The notes under the pieces were generated by a model, which did not search any database, was not told where the DNA came from, and was given only the letters and a program-made list of their open reading frames with translations. Source: an uncultured Candidatus Rokubacteria bacterium (lineage in GTDB: Bacteria; Methylomirabilota; Methylomirabilia; Rokubacteriales; DASRDR01). From it: a DNA stretch of 64,000 bases. Numbering within the stretch: the first letter of the stretch is position 1; each line of letters starts with the position of its first letter. The DNA lies in the NCBI GenBank assembly GCA_963708025.1, contig CAVPSB010000049.1, positions 1 to 64,000 of the forward strand, read 5' to 3'. Shown one piece after another: positions 29,910 through 41,009 of this stretch. Made by a program: the position numbers and the translations under genes.

Positions 29910-31193
29910 CTAGGCGCCGAACATCTCGCGCCATAGCCCCTGCTCCCACGCCTTCCGGAGCTGGGCAAAGCTCGGCTTCGGCGCGTTGTCGACCGTCACC
30001 TTCGTGTTGACCTGCACCTTCCCGTCCTTCGTCTCGTAGCTCCAGTCGGCGCGAGTGAGGATCGCCTTGTCGCTCTCGGTGTACGGGTAGCAGATGTTGT
30101 GGGGCGGCGCCGGGTCCGGCACCGAGGCCCCCATCCCCTTGGCGATGTAGGTGCCGACGATCTTGCCGCTGATGGAGGCCGTATAGGCGCTCTTCGCGTA
30201 GGGCGTCTGGGCGGCATCGCCGACCGCATAGACGGACGGGTTCTTGGTCGAGCGGAACGTCACCGGGTCGACCTCGGCGTACACCGCGCCGAGGCCGGCC
30301 TGCTTGATCAGGTCGGCGGCCTTGTTGGGCGGGATGATGCTCAGGAAGTCGAACCCCAGGTCCCCGGCGTCGGTCTTCAGGACCTTCTTCTCGCCGTTGA
30401 CACCCGTGATCTTGGTCTGGGGCCGGTACTCGAGCACGTCCTTCCGGGCCGCCATGGCGTCCAGGAACCCCTGGGCGTTCGCTGGCGGGATCGGCGACGG
30501 CTTGGCGTCGAGGAGCACGATCTTCGCCTTGAGGTTCTTCTTCTTGATGTGGTCCGCCCAGAGCAACGCGTACTCGTACGGTCCGGGCGGGCACTTGTAG
30601 GGGACGGCCGGTGCGTTGAGCACCACGGTGCCCCCCTGGAACGCGTCGATCCGGTGCCGGGTGTCGATGATCGGCGTGCCCTTGTCGTAGATGCTCGCGT
30701 TCAGGTGGTAGGCCTCGGGGAGCCCCGGGATGTCCTCGTAGGCCAGCCGGATCCCGGTCGCGATCAGGAGCTGGTCGTAGTCGAGGGGGCCGTGGCCGGT
30801 GACCACGCGCTTGGCATCCGGCTCCACCGCCACCACCTCGGTGCGGATGACCTTGATGCCCTTGCCGATCAACGGGGAGTAGCCGAAGGTGATCGTGTCC
30901 AGCGAGTTCAGCCCGAAGACGTACTCGAGCGTGGCCGGGCACGAGAGGAAGAACGCGGAGCGCTCCAGGATCACCACCTCGGCGTCCGGCACCAGCTTCT
31001 TCACGGTCAGCGCGGTGAAGTTCCCGCCGAACCCGCCGCCGATCACGACGAGCCGCTTCCCCGCCGACTTGGGGAGCACCTGGGCGAGCGAGGGCGTCGG
31101 CCGGCCCACACCGATGCCGCCGAGGGTCGCCGCCGCGCCGCCGCCCACTGCCGCCGTCCTCAGGAAATCGCGTCGATTCAGCTTCATCGCCAT
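29910..31193 (-). CDS. Flavocytochrome c sulfide dehydrogenase flavoprotein (FccB/SoxF-like)
   Basis: Tat NRRDFL, GGGFGG, LSCP, YKCPPGPYE, NICY. Confidence 0.88.
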   Translation of the reverse strand: MAMKLNRRDFLRTAAVGGGAAATLGGIGVGRPTPSLAQVLPKSAGKRLVVIGGGFGGNFTALTVKKLVPDAEVVILERSAFFLSCPATLEYVFGLNSLDTITFGYSPLIGKGIKVIRTEVVAVEPDAKRVVTGHGPLDYDQLLIATGIRLAYEDIPGLPEAYHLNASIYDKGTPIIDTRHRIDAFQGGTVVLNAPAVPYKCPPGPYEYALLWADHIKKKNLKAKIVLLDAKPSPIPPANAQGFLDAMAARKDVLEYRPQTKITGVNGEKKVLKTDAGDLGFDFLSIIPPNKAADLIKQAGLGAVYAEVDPVTFRSTKNPSVYAVGDAAQTPYAKSAYTASISGKIVGTYIAKGMGASVPDPAPPHNICYPYTESDKAILTRADWSYETKDGKVQVNTKVTVDNAPKPSFAQLRKAWEQGLWREMFGA

Positions 31194-31237
31194 GCCCTCC
31201 TCGAGCCCACGCGTCGCTCCGCGGGACGCGCGCGCGA

Positions 31238-32035
31238 TCAGGCGAGCCGCTGGTCCGCTTCCCAGCGCTCGCCCCGATTGTTGACGAAGACCACCCGCAG
31301 CACCGCTCCCGGCGCCGCCCTCACGAAGAACCGCAGCTTGGGGTCGGGACTGACGGCCGATGTCAGCACGAACTCGCTCACGCGGTCGTCGCCGAGGAAG
31401 ACCGTGGCCCGCTCGACGAAGTACGGCGGTCGCTCCGGGACGAAGGCCCCGTTCTTCTCGACGAGCCCGGTGTGGGAGGTGTGCTTCAGGCTGGCCCAGA
31501 CCGCCACCGGGTCGCCGGGCTTGGCGCGGCCGTCCACCCGCAGGGACGGGCTACCGCCACGCTCCCGGGTCACGGCCCCCGGCGCCACCGCGCAGCCCCC
31601 CGGGGCGACCCGCACGGCCTGCCGCGTCTCGAAGCGGCCGTGCCGCGTGCACTCCGCCTCCAGCATCAGCTCGCCCCCCTGCCCCGAGCGCATCTGGTAG
31701 GCCACCGATGCCCGACCGCTCCGGGGCGTGAAGCGGAAGCTGCCCTTCCGGGGCACCGGGTCGCTGGCCAGCGTCACGTCGAGCCGCGCGATGTAGTGGT
31801 CGGGCTCCATCGGATGGTCGACCGAGACCGTCAGCGGTACCGCCACCGGGTCGTCGGCCAGGATCGGGACGTCCACGTGAATCCGGTGGGCCGCGTCGGC
31901 GGGAGCCGCCCGGAGCGGCCCCTGGGCCCACCCACGACCCGGCCAGGCCGCGACCAGGCCGCCGGCCAGCAGGAGCTGGACGAGCTCGCGTCGCGAGCAG
32001 CAGAGAGGGATGTTCTCGCTAAACCCCATAGACAA
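31238..32035 (-). CDS. SoxY-SoxZ fusion sulfur carrier protein
   Basis: SRRELV signal, VPILADDPVAVP, internal GGC, KHTSHTGL, AVSPDPKLRF. Confidence 0.85.
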   Translation of the reverse strand: MSMGFSENIPLCCSRRELVQLLLAGGLVAAWPGRGWAQGPLRAAPADAAHRIHVDVPILADDPVAVPLTVSVDHPMEPDHYIARLDVTLASDPVPRKGSFRFTPRSGRASVAYQMRSGQGGELMLEAECTRHGRFETRQAVRVAPGGCAVAPGAVTRERGGSPSLRVDGRAKPGDPVAVWASLKHTSHTGLVEKNGAFVPERPPYFVERATVFLGDDRVSEFVLTSAVSPDPKLRFFVRAAPGAVLRVVFVNNRGERWEADQRLA

Positions 32036-32040
32036 TGGTG

Positions 32041-32069
32041 ACTATAGTCTGCAGCGCCGATGCTGTCAA
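32041..32069 (-). promoter_or_regulatory. Sigma70 promoter for the soxYZ-flavoprotein-Rieske unit
   Basis: TTGACA-17 nt-TATAGT. Confidence 0.8.
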
Positions 32070-33298
32070 CCGTGATGGGATGTTGCGGTCGCCTCGCTGC
32101 GAAGCAAGATCACCTCGACAGGCTGGCCGGGCTCGAGCCGGGTGTCGGGAGGAACGACCGCCAGGCCGTCCGCCAGGAGCATGGACCGGAGGATCCCGGA
32201 CCCTTGCTCTCCGGTCGAGCGGGCGACGAGCCGGCCACCCTCTTGAGCGAGGCGCACCCGGAGGTACCCCTGGCGGATCCCCGGGTTGTCGAGGACATCG
32301 GCCATCCACGCCGTCGCCCGCGGGCGGAAGAGGCGGGGATCGCCGGCCATCCGGCGCAGCGCGGGGCGGACGAACAGCTCGAAGGTCACCATCGAGGAGA
32401 CGGGGTTCCCGGGCAGGCCGAAGAACGGACGCCCGTTGAGCCGGCCGAAGGTCAGGGGCTTGCCGGGCCGCATCGAGACCTTCCAGAAATCCAGCTCGGC
32501 TCCGAGCTTCTCCATGACCTCTCGCACGAAGTCCCGGTCGCCGACCGACACCCCGGCCGAGGAGACGAGCATGTCGGCCGGGAGTCCCCACCGGACGTGC
32601 GCCTCGAGGTCCTCCCGCGAGTCGCGCGCGATCCCGAGGTTGACCGGGATGCCGCCCGCCTCCCGCACCTGGGCGGCCATCGTGTAGGTGTTCGAGTTCG
32701 GGATCTGGCCCGGCCCGGGCGCGGTGTCGAGGTCGACGAGCTCGTCCCCGGTGGAGAGGATCGCCACCCGCGGCCGCTGGTGGACGCGGACGAGCGGCCG
32801 GCCCAGCGCCGCCAGGACCCCCAGGGCCGCCGGTGTCAACACCGTCCCGGGCGCCAGTACCGATTCCCCCGTGCGGATGTCCTCGCCGCGTGGGCGCACG
32901 AAGTGACCGGCCGGCACGGCCCGGGGAACGACGACCACGGCCCCGTCCCGCCCAACCTCCTCCTGCGGGATCACGGCGTCGGCGCCGGGCGGCATCGGGG
33001 CGCCGGTCAGGATCCGGTAGGCGTCCCCGGTGGAAACCGCACGCTCGGCCACCGCGCCGGCCGGGATCTCCCCGAGGAGGCGCAGCCGGGCGGGCCGCTC
33101 GGCGGTGGCGGCCGCCGTATCGGCGGCGCGGAGAGCGTAGCCGTCCATCGACGAATTGTCCCAGGGCGGGAGATCCCGGGTGGCGAGGACGCCCTCCGCG
33201 AGAACGCGGTGGAGAGCCGCGGGGAGCGGGACCGTCTCCGATCCGAGCACGGGGATGGCCGCTAGGACGCGAGCCAGGGCTTCTTCGACGGAGAGCAT
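32066..33298 (-). CDS. moeA: Molybdopterin molybdotransferase
   Basis: SSMDGYA, ILTGAP, STGDEL, RPGKP, LPGNPVS. Confidence 0.96.
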   Translation of the reverse strand: MLSVEEALARVLAAIPVLGSETVPLPAALHRVLAEGVLATRDLPPWDNSSMDGYALRAADTAAATAERPARLRLLGEIPAGAVAERAVSTGDAYRILTGAPMPPGADAVIPQEEVGRDGAVVVVPRAVPAGHFVRPRGEDIRTGESVLAPGTVLTPAALGVLAALGRPLVRVHQRPRVAILSTGDELVDLDTAPGPGQIPNSNTYTMAAQVREAGGIPVNLGIARDSREDLEAHVRWGLPADMLVSSAGVSVGDRDFVREVMEKLGAELDFWKVSMRPGKPLTFGRLNGRPFFGLPGNPVSSMVTFELFVRPALRRMAGDPRLFRPRATAWMADVLDNPGIRQGYLRVRLAQEGGRLVARSTGEQGSGILRSMLLADGLAVVPPDTRLEPGQPVEVILLRSEATATSHHG

Positions 33299-33354
33299 CG
33301 GAAGCCCAGTCTACCGTCCCGGTCCCACCCGGGCAACCGACGGCCGAGGGGGGG

Positions 33355-34521
33355 TCAGCCTTCGATGCGGGAGACCAGACCCAGGCGCGGGACGAAGACG
33401 AGGAAGGAGAGCGCGAAGAGGGCGCCGAAGCCGGCGGTCACGAGGAGCCCGACGACGACCGACCCGAAGCCGACGTGCCCGACGCTCGCCGAGGGGAAGA
33501 CGAGCACGATGCGCTCGATGAAGATCGCCAGCAGGCTGAGGCAGCAGATCCCGATCAGCACCCGGTGGCTCTCCGGGGGGCGCCCGGTCAGTCGCCCCAG
33601 GAGGTACCCGAAGGGGATCAGCCAGCCGAGGAAGAAGGCGGTCCAGGCCAGCACCCGGTACGGGTCCTCGAAGAACCGGGCGATGACGAAGCGGGTCTCG
33701 ATCGGGACGTTGCCGTACCAGATCACCAGGTACTGCGACCAGAAGAAGTACATCCAGAAGATGGAGGTCGCGAAGACGAGCTTCGCCAGGTCCTGAACCT
33801 CCTTGGGCGGCATGATCCAGGTCGGCCGGCCCATGCTCCGGATCCCGACCAGCACCGTGAGGAAGGCGAACCCCGAGTAGAGCGCGGTGACCAGGATGTA
33901 CCCCCCGAACAGGCCGCTGAACCAGGTCGGATCGAGCGACATGATCAGGTCGTAGCCGAGGAGCGACAGGACGACGCCGTAGAGGATGAGCAGGATCACG
34001 GCCAGCCGCGCCCGCTCCCCGCGGCCCGGCTCCTCGGCGGGTCCGGCCGGGGAGGCGTGCACCGCCCGGGCGAACCGGATGCTGACCCAGTAGAGGGCAG
34101 CCACCTCGACCACCGTGCGCAGGATGAAGAAGGTCGGGTTGAGCCAGGCCGCCTTCTTGGGCAGGGGGTTGGTGACCCAGGGGTAGAGCACCGGTAGACC
34201 GGTCATCAGGACCAGGAACAGAAGGAAAGAGACGGGCATGAACGCGGCGGTGCTGGTGGCGATCCGGCGCAGGCGCGCCCCCCACCGTCCCTCGGTCACC
34301 TCGATCATCCCGGCCACCGCCGGCCCGGTGGCGGCCAGCCCGGACCAGAAGATCAGGTTCACGAGGAAGATCGCCCAGGTGCGCCGCCCAGCGCCCCCGG
34401 CGATCCCCAGCAGGAAGGCCAGCGCCCCGAGGCCGACCAGCCCGGCCAGCACGCCCACGATCGTCCGGGACGTTGCCGGGGTCCCGGGGGCGAGCGGAGC
34501 CGTCGGCGGGTTCGTCGCCAC
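33355..34521 (-). CDS. actF: Alternative complex III membrane subunit ActF
   Basis: MSLDPTWFSGLFG, QDLAKL, WSQYLVIWYGNVP. Confidence 0.88.
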   Translation of the reverse strand: MATNPPTAPLAPGTPATSRTIVGVLAGLVGLGALAFLLGIAGGAGRRTWAIFLVNLIFWSGLAATGPAVAGMIEVTEGRWGARLRRIATSTAAFMPVSFLLFLVLMTGLPVLYPWVTNPLPKKAAWLNPTFFILRTVVEVAALYWVSIRFARAVHASPAGPAEEPGRGERARLAVILLILYGVVLSLLGYDLIMSLDPTWFSGLFGGYILVTALYSGFAFLTVLVGIRSMGRPTWIMPPKEVQDLAKLVFATSIFWMYFFWSQYLVIWYGNVPIETRFVIARFFEDPYRVLAWTAFFLGWLIPFGYLLGRLTGRPPESHRVLIGICCLSLLAIFIERIVLVFPSASVGHVGFGSVVVGLLVTAGFGALFALSFLVFVPRLGLVSRIEG

Positions 34522-34527
34522 GGAGGC

Positions 34528-35028
34528 CTACTTCTGCGCCAGCGTCCGGACGTAGTTGACGAGGTCCCAGCGCTCGCCGACCGAGAGCGCCTCGCCGTAG
34601 GCCGGCATGATGGCGCCCCCGTACCCGATGTAGTAGGCGATGTGACCGTCGGTGCGCCCCTGGATCTGCGGGCTGGTGAGGTCGGGCGGCGGGATGAAGC
34701 GCGGGGTCACCGGCCCGTCCCCCTTCCCGCCCGGCCCGTGGCAGGGCGTGCAGTAGATCCGGTAGAGCACCTCGCCCCGCGCCACCGAACCCCGGCCCGG
34801 TGGGACCGGGTTCTTGCGGCTCGCGTAGGCCGCCCGATCGATCAGCAGCTCGCCGCCGCTTCGCGGCACCGTGCCCGGCGGCGCCACGAACCGGGCCAGG
34901 TCGGCCTCGCCGGGGACGATCTTCACGTCCGCCTGCATGCTCGTGAGCCACCGGTACCCGACCAGGAGCCCCATGACGCCTCCGGCCCCGGCCACCAGCA
35001 GCAGGCAGAGCAGGAAGACCCACTTCAC
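34528..35028 (-). CDS. actE: Alternative complex III monoheme cytochrome c ActE
   Basis: PPGTVPR, CTPCH, GKGDG, MPAY. Confidence 0.85.
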   Translation of the reverse strand: MKWVFLLCLLLVAGAGGVMGLLVGYRWLTSMQADVKIVPGEADLARFVAPPGTVPRSGGELLIDRAAYASRKNPVPPGRGSVARGEVLYRIYCTPCHGPGGKGDGPVTPRFIPPPDLTSPQIQGRTDGHIAYYIGYGGAIMPAYGEALSVGERWDLVNYVRTLAQK

Positions 35029-35537
35029 GCCCGCACCTCCTCGGCGCCCGCGCGCCGGAGGATCTCTTCCACCGTCCGCACCTGGTCGGGCGGACAGACG
35101 ACCTCGACGCCGAACCGGTCGGCGGTGAAGCGGGGATCGTACCGTCCGGCACTCCCGAGGCTGGGCAGCCGGCTGGTGATCAGGAGGCCCAGCAGCGTGC
35201 ACAGGCCGCCGAAGAGGATCGTCAGCTCGAACGCGATCACGACGAACGGCGGGATGGAGACGACGGGCTTCCCCCCGACGATGAGCCCCCACTTGAGCGA
35301 CGACCAGATGGTCAGCCAGAAGCCGGTGGCGGTGCCGGTGAGCCCGCCGACCAGGGTGAACAGCCGCACCGGGCTCCGGGGGAGCCCGTGACCGGTCAGC
35401 GCCTCCTCGATCTCCTCCAGGGGCACCGGGCTGTAGGCGGAGATCGACGGAAAGCCCTTCGTCCGCAGCTCGCGGATCGCGTTGACACACGTGTCCACGT
35501 GGGCGAACACCCCGAGGACACCGGCCGCCGGCGCCAT
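35025..35537 (-). CDS. actD: Alternative complex III subunit ActD (DUF3341)
   Basis: AYSPVP, VGGKP, FELTILF, YDPRFTADRF. Confidence 0.88.
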   Translation of the reverse strand: MAPAAGVLGVFAHVDTCVNAIRELRTKGFPSISAYSPVPLEEIEEALTGHGLPRSPVRLFTLVGGLTGTATGFWLTIWSSLKWGLIVGGKPVVSIPPFVVIAFELTILFGGLCTLLGLLITSRLPSLGSAGRYDPRFTADRFGVEVVCPPDQVRTVEEILRRAGAEEVRA

Positions 35538-35556
35538 CAGTCGCCTCGACTTGGCC

Positions 35557-35768
35557 GGGCCGAGAACCGAGCAGCCCCCCAAGGCCGAAGGCCGTCCGAT
35601 CGACGCAGGGCGGCGCCCACCGCAGACGTACGCCCTGGTACGTCGAGGATGGGCGCCGCCCGAGGACGACCATAGGTCGGGACGGACGCCCCCAGGCCGG
35701 AGGCCGTCCTGATCGACGCAGGCCGAGCGCGTCCCGACCGAGATGAAGATCGCGAAGGTTATCGGCCC
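35557..35768 (+). repeat. Intergenic repeat family A, long copy between actC and actD
   Basis: Same termini and core plus an extra arm GGTCGGGACG..CGTCCCGACC. Confidence 0.9.
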
Positions 35769-35773
35769 GGCCA

Positions 35774-37147
35774 TCAGTGGTGGGCGTGACCATCCCGCAT
35801 CGGGTGCGGTATGGTCTCCTTCACCTCGACGATCGACACGGAGGGCAGGACCTTGATGAACGCCAGGAACAGGATGAAGAACCAGGCGAAGCTGCCGATG
35901 ATGATCATCGTGTCCACGGGCGTCGGCACATAGGTTCCGAAGGTGTACGGGTAGAAGCCGTGACCGAGACCGGGGACGATGATGTTGAAGCGCTCGAGCC
36001 ACATCCCGATCAGGACGAGGATCGACACCGCATACAGGGTCGGGACGTGGACCCGCGCCCACCGCCAGAACAGGATCAGCGGCACCACGCTGTTGCAGGC
36101 GATCTGGAGCCACCACCATGGCGCGTAGACCCCGACCCACTTGAACAGGTACGAGGCCCGCTCGGCCCGCTCCCCGCTGTACCAGGAGGTGAACCCCTCG
36201 CAGGCGTAGAAGTAGGTCAGGACGAGGCTGGTCACCAGGATCAGCTTCGCCATCATGTCGAGGTGGCGGTCGGTGATGTAGGGATGGAGATCGAAGAAGT
36301 ACCGCATGGGGATGAGCAGGACGAGCACCATGGCGAAGCCGGAGAAGATCGCCCCGTCCACGAAGAACGGGGCGAACAGGGTCGAGTGCCACCCCGGCAC
36401 GAGCGCCATGGCGAAGTCCCAGGACACCACGCTGTGGACCGAGAGGACGAGCGGCGTCGCCAGGGCCGCGAACAGGCCGTAGGCGCGCCGGTAGTGCCGC
36501 CACTGCCGGTCGCTCCCCCGCCAGCCGAGGGCCAGCACGGTGTAGATCCGCCGCTTGAGCCCGGTGGCCGCGTCCCGGAGGGCGGCGATGTCGGGGACCA
36601 GCCCCACGTAGAAGAAGACCGCGCTGATCGTGAAGTAGGTCGAGATCGCGAACACGTCCCAGAGCAGCGGGGACCGGAACGCCGGCCAGAGGTAGCGCTG
36701 GTTGGGATACGGGATCAGCCAGTAGGGCAGCCACATGCGGCCCAGGTGGATCATGGGGAACAGCCCGGCGGTCATGACGGCGAAGATCGTCATGGCCTCG
36801 GCGCCCCGGTAGATCGACGTCCGCCACTTCGCCCGGAACAGGTACAGGACCGCCGAGATCAGGGTCCCGGCGTGGCCGATACCGATCCAGAAGACGAAGG
36901 TGGTGATGTACATGGCCCACATCTGCGGGTTCCGCTTGCCGGCCATGCCCATGCCGTAGTAGATCTGCAGGATCCAGGCGAAGATCCCGCCGGCCAGCGT
37001 CACCGCCACGAACGACATCCAGCCGAAGTAGAGGTTGCCGGGGAACTCGAGCGTGCGGATGACGTCGCGGTTGACGTCGCCGAACGTGCGGCCGACGGTC
37101 ATCGAGGCCGACCGCGTGTCAACGGTCGGGACCGGCGGCGCGCTCAC
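35774..37147 (-). CDS. actC: Alternative complex III NrfD/PsrC-type subunit ActC
   Basis: FVFWIGIGHAGTLISA, HLGR, PLVLSVHSVVSWDFA, GWHST. Confidence 0.93.
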   Translation of the reverse strand: MSAPPVPTVDTRSASMTVGRTFGDVNRDVIRTLEFPGNLYFGWMSFVAVTLAGGIFAWILQIYYGMGMAGKRNPQMWAMYITTFVFWIGIGHAGTLISAVLYLFRAKWRTSIYRGAEAMTIFAVMTAGLFPMIHLGRMWLPYWLIPYPNQRYLWPAFRSPLLWDVFAISTYFTISAVFFYVGLVPDIAALRDAATGLKRRIYTVLALGWRGSDRQWRHYRRAYGLFAALATPLVLSVHSVVSWDFAMALVPGWHSTLFAPFFVDGAIFSGFAMVLVLLIPMRYFFDLHPYITDRHLDMMAKLILVTSLVLTYFYACEGFTSWYSGERAERASYLFKWVGVYAPWWWLQIACNSVVPLILFWRWARVHVPTLYAVSILVLIGMWLERFNIIVPGLGHGFYPYTFGTYVPTPVDTMIIIGSFAWFFILFLAFIKVLPSVSIVEVKETIPHPMRDGHAHH

Positions 37148-40100
37148 GCGTGGGACTCCTTGACGACCTTCGGCAGGTACGTGATCGCCGGAGCGCGTGC
37201 CCAGCTCGCCCAGCACGTGATACCCCCGCGGCGAGGCCGACAGCTTCGAGACGCGGCTCCGGGGGTCCTTCAGGTCGCCGAAGACGATGGCCTGCGTCGG
37301 GCAGGTCTGCTGGCAGGCGGTCATGATCTCGCCGTCCCGCGGGCGGCGCCCCTCGTCCTTCGCGCGGTCCTTGCCGGCGATGACGCGCTGGACGCACATC
37401 GTGCACTTCTCCATGACGCCGCGGTCGCGGACGGTGACGTCGGGGTTGAGCGCCAGGGTCATGGGGGCCGGCCACTCGTAGCGATACCAGTTGAACCGCC
37501 GCACCATGTAGGGGCAGTTGTTCCCGCAGTACCGGGTCCCGACACACCGGTTGTAGACCTGGCCGTTCAGCCCCTCCTGGGTGTGGTAGGCGGCGAACAC
37601 GGGGCAGACCGGCTCGCACGGCGCGACCTCGCAGTGCTGGCATAGCATCGGCATGAACCGCGCCCGCGGCGGTCCGCCGGGCCGCGCCGCCGCGCCGTGG
37701 CCGGCGTCGGCCCCGTGGCCACGGTCCCACCATCGCTCGACCCGGAGCCAGTGGAGGCTCCGGCCGTAGCTCACCTGCCAGCGACCGACCGCCGCCACCC
37801 GGTTGGGACCCGAGGGGGGCATCGGCACGTCGGCGAGCCCGACGATCGGCACGTTGTTCTCCGCCACGCAGGCGACGACGCAGGCCTGGCAGCCGGTGCA
37901 GGCGTCGAGGTCGATGGTCATGCCCCAGCGGTGGTTGGGGTACTTGAGGTCGGGGTACATCGACGGGAGATTCGCGTGCTCGGGCGGCTTCCCGCCCTTC
38001 TCGGCCTCGATCGCCTCCTTGACGGAGACCGTCTCGATGATCTCCCGCTCGTGGTCGACCTCGGTCACCCCGGCCGGCGAGGCCAGCGCCTCCCGCCGCC
38101 CGGTCTTCTCGAGCGTCACGCGGACCGCGAGCCAGCGGGGCCCGCCCGAGGCCGGATCCGGCTCGCCGGGCAGGAGCCCGAGCGGACTCTGGCCGACCGC
38201 TCGCGCGAATCGTCCGTACTCGGAGTGGCCGAGGCCGAGCGGGATGGCGACCGCGCCGGGATGCAGGGTATCGGACACGTACACCGGCAGCTCGATCCGC
38301 CCGTGAGGCGACACGACGCGGACCACGTCGCCGCCGGCAAGGCCGAGCCGGCGTGCCGCCTCGGCGCCGACCTCGACCCAGGAGTCGTAGACCACCTGGG
38401 TGATGGGATCCGGTGTCTCGTGGAGCCACGGCTTGTTGGCGCTCCGCCCGTCGTAGTAGCGCGGCGAGGGCACGACCATGAGCGCCAGTCCCTCGCCGGG
38501 TCCGGCCAGGGCCTCCCGCGCACCTCCGAGGCGGAGGCCGGCGGTGAGCTGCACCTTCGCGGCCGGCACCTCGGTGAAGACGCCACCGCGACGGAGCGCC
38601 TCCTCCCAGAACTGATCGAACGCCCCCGCCGGGGCCGCGCTCTTCCCGATGCCCTGCCAGGCCTCCCGGAGGTGCTCGGCGAAGGTCTTGGCGCGGAACG
38701 GGCCCTTGTCGGAGCCGGGGACCAGGGCGCGCCCCGTGTCCAGGAGCAGGTCTCCGGTCGCCTTGGTCTCGACGCCCGGGAAGACGTGAGACGGGCGGTC
38801 CCCGACCAGATCGAGGACGTCCTGCCGCCGCTCCCCGACGACCGGGACCGGGCCCATCGCGGGCTGCATCAGACCCCAGACCCCCTCGCGGGGCGAGTAG
38901 TCGCCCCAGGACTCGAGCGGGGTGAGGTCGGGCAGGAGGAGGTGCGCCCGCGCCGCGGTCTCGTCCAGGTGGCTCGACAGGCTGACGACGAACGGCACCT
39001 TGGCCAGGGCCTCCGCGAAGCCGGCCCGGGGCGGCAGCGTGAACGCCGGGTTGGCGTCCTTCACGAGGAGGACGGCAATCTCGCCGCCCGCCATCGCCCG
39101 GGTCAGCTCGACGAGCTCCGCGTAGCGGCTGGTCCGGCCGAGCGCCGAGTTCGGGCCGAACCGGACCGTCTGGCCGACGTTCCCGAGGGCGTAGTTCAGC
39201 GTGTTGATCGCGACCAGCGCGTCCGTCGCCCCCGGCCCGGTGACGGCGACGCCGCCCCCGACGACGAGGCTCGGGGCGCCCTTGGCGAGCGTCTCGGCGA
39301 TGTGCTTCAGCCGGGCGACCGGGACGCCGCTCTCCTTCGCCGCCGCCTCCAGGTCGACGCCTCGGGCCAGGGTGGCCAGCGCTTCGGCCTCCTTGGGGGG
39401 GAGCGCCGGACCCAGCCGCTCCTCGAGGACGATGCGGAGGAGGGCCAGCGCGACGACACCCTCGCTGCCGGGCGTGTTCGCTACCCACTCGTCGGCGTTG
39501 CCGGCCGTCATCGAGTAGCGCGGCTCGACGTGGATGACGGTGCCGGTCCGCCCGTTCCGCAGCGCGTGCATCCGGTGGAAGCCCTCCGCATACGCCACCG
39601 GCGAGATCCAGGTCTCGAGGTAGTCGGCGCCGAGGGACAGGATCGCCCCCGCCGCCTCGAAGGCGTGGTGAGGGATCGCGTCCAGGCCGAAGACGGCGCG
39701 GTTGGCCGCGCGCTCCGCCTCGTGGGCGAACGGCTCGAACGCGATCCGCGGGCGGCCCCCGAGGGCCTTCAGCCAGTCGTCCATCAGGCGGCCGAGGGTG
39801 CCGCTCTCGAGCTGGCTGATCATCGCGATCCGCCCGGCACCGGCCTGCCGCGCGGCCCCGAGCTTCTCGACCAGGAGCTTCTCGGCATCGGCGACAGCGA
39901 TCGGCTTCCACCCACTTCCCTCCCGGAGTCGCGGGCGGGCGATCCGGTCCGGGTCGTAGGTGCCGAGGATCGAGGCCTGACCGCGCGCGCAGAGCGCGCC
40001 CCGGCCGACCGGGTGGTCCGGGTTGCCCTCGAGCTTCACGACGCGGCCGTCGCGGTTCCTGGCGAGCGCCCCGCATCCGGCCGGGCATTCCCGGCACACG

Positions 40101-40261
40101 GTGGCGAAGTAGGTGGCGACGCCGGGCACGAGGTGCGGGGGCGGGACCACGTACGGGAGGATCCGCTCCGGCGCCCGCGTGCACCCGGCGGCGGTCGCGG
40201 CGGCCGCCGCGCTCACCCCGACGATCCGGAAGAAGCCCCGGCGATCGAGCCCGTCACTCAT
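37144..40261 (-). CDS. actB: Alternative complex III subunit ActB (molybdopterin-oxidoreductase-like plus Fe-S domain); extra base near 37192
   Basis: Tat DRRGFF, KLEGNPDHP, DGRSANKPWLHETPDPIT, CTGCQACVVAC, CQHC..PCEPVCP, RGVMEKCTMC. Confidence 0.92.
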
Positions 40262-40529
40262 CGGTGTCCCTCAGTGGCGTGCTTCGTCCCGGTGGGGAGG
40301 GAGGGTGGAACTCTCAGATGGAACGGCGAGGCCACCGCGATGGTGGCCAGGGTAGCCTGCCCGGCGAGCTGCCTCACGCGCACCCGCATCCGCTCCGTCC
40401 CCGACCCTCCATCGGCTTCCGGCGGCTCTGGAAATCCGCGGCCCGATCAGGCGCAGACCAGGTGGGCGAAAAACCGCACGGATGATAACAGCGGCGTCGG
40501 AACGAGTCAACGAGTTTCTGGCGGACGGA

Positions 40530-41009
40530 TCAGCGGTCAACCGCCGCCGGCGCCGTCGCCAGCGGAATCTCGACGAAGTCCCCTCGCGCCGGCTCCCAGC
40601 TGAACGCCCGCGCCTCGCCGGCACGGCCGCCGCTCACGCCGACCACGACGTAGGTTGCGCCCGGGTACGTGGGCTGCCCGTCGACCAGCGCGTTCCGCCG
40701 GTCGGTCTCCGAGAAATAGGCCCCGACGTCGACGTGGGAGTGATAGATGACGTGAACGGCCCAGCCCCGCGACTCCAGCCGGCTGATCTCGATGAGGTCT
40801 TCGTGCGCCATGTAGTAGGCGGTCCGGGCGTCGCGGGGAAACCGGTCCGGGTCCCGGGCGCGCAAGGCGTCCTGGATGTTCCGGCAGGGGTGGAGCCGCC
40901 GCTCGGCCGCGCCGCCGGTCCTGACCAGCACCACGCCGCAGCACTCGGCCGGGTACTCCGCCTCCGCCTGCTTGCGGATGGCGGCCAGCTCCGCGTCGGC
41001 CAGGATCAC
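40530..41009 (-). CDS. JAB/MPN (Mec-like) metallopeptidase
   Basis: YPAECCG, IYHSH..YFSETD JAMM motif. Confidence 0.92.
   Translation of the reverse strand: MILADAELAAIRKQAEAEYPAECCGVVLVRTGGAAERRLHPCRNIQDALRARDPDRFPRDARTAYYMAHEDLIEISRLESRGWAVHVIYHSHVDVGAYFSETDRRNALVDGQPTYPGATYVVVGVSGGRAGEARAFSWEPARGDFVEIPLATAPAAVDR

Noticed and set aside
35774-40261. Apparent 1495-aa ActB-ActC fusion in the ORF track
   Set aside because: Removing one base near 37192 gives the normal ActB end TRPAITYLPKVVKESHA* overlapping a GTG with SD AAGGAG for actC; most likely an indel error
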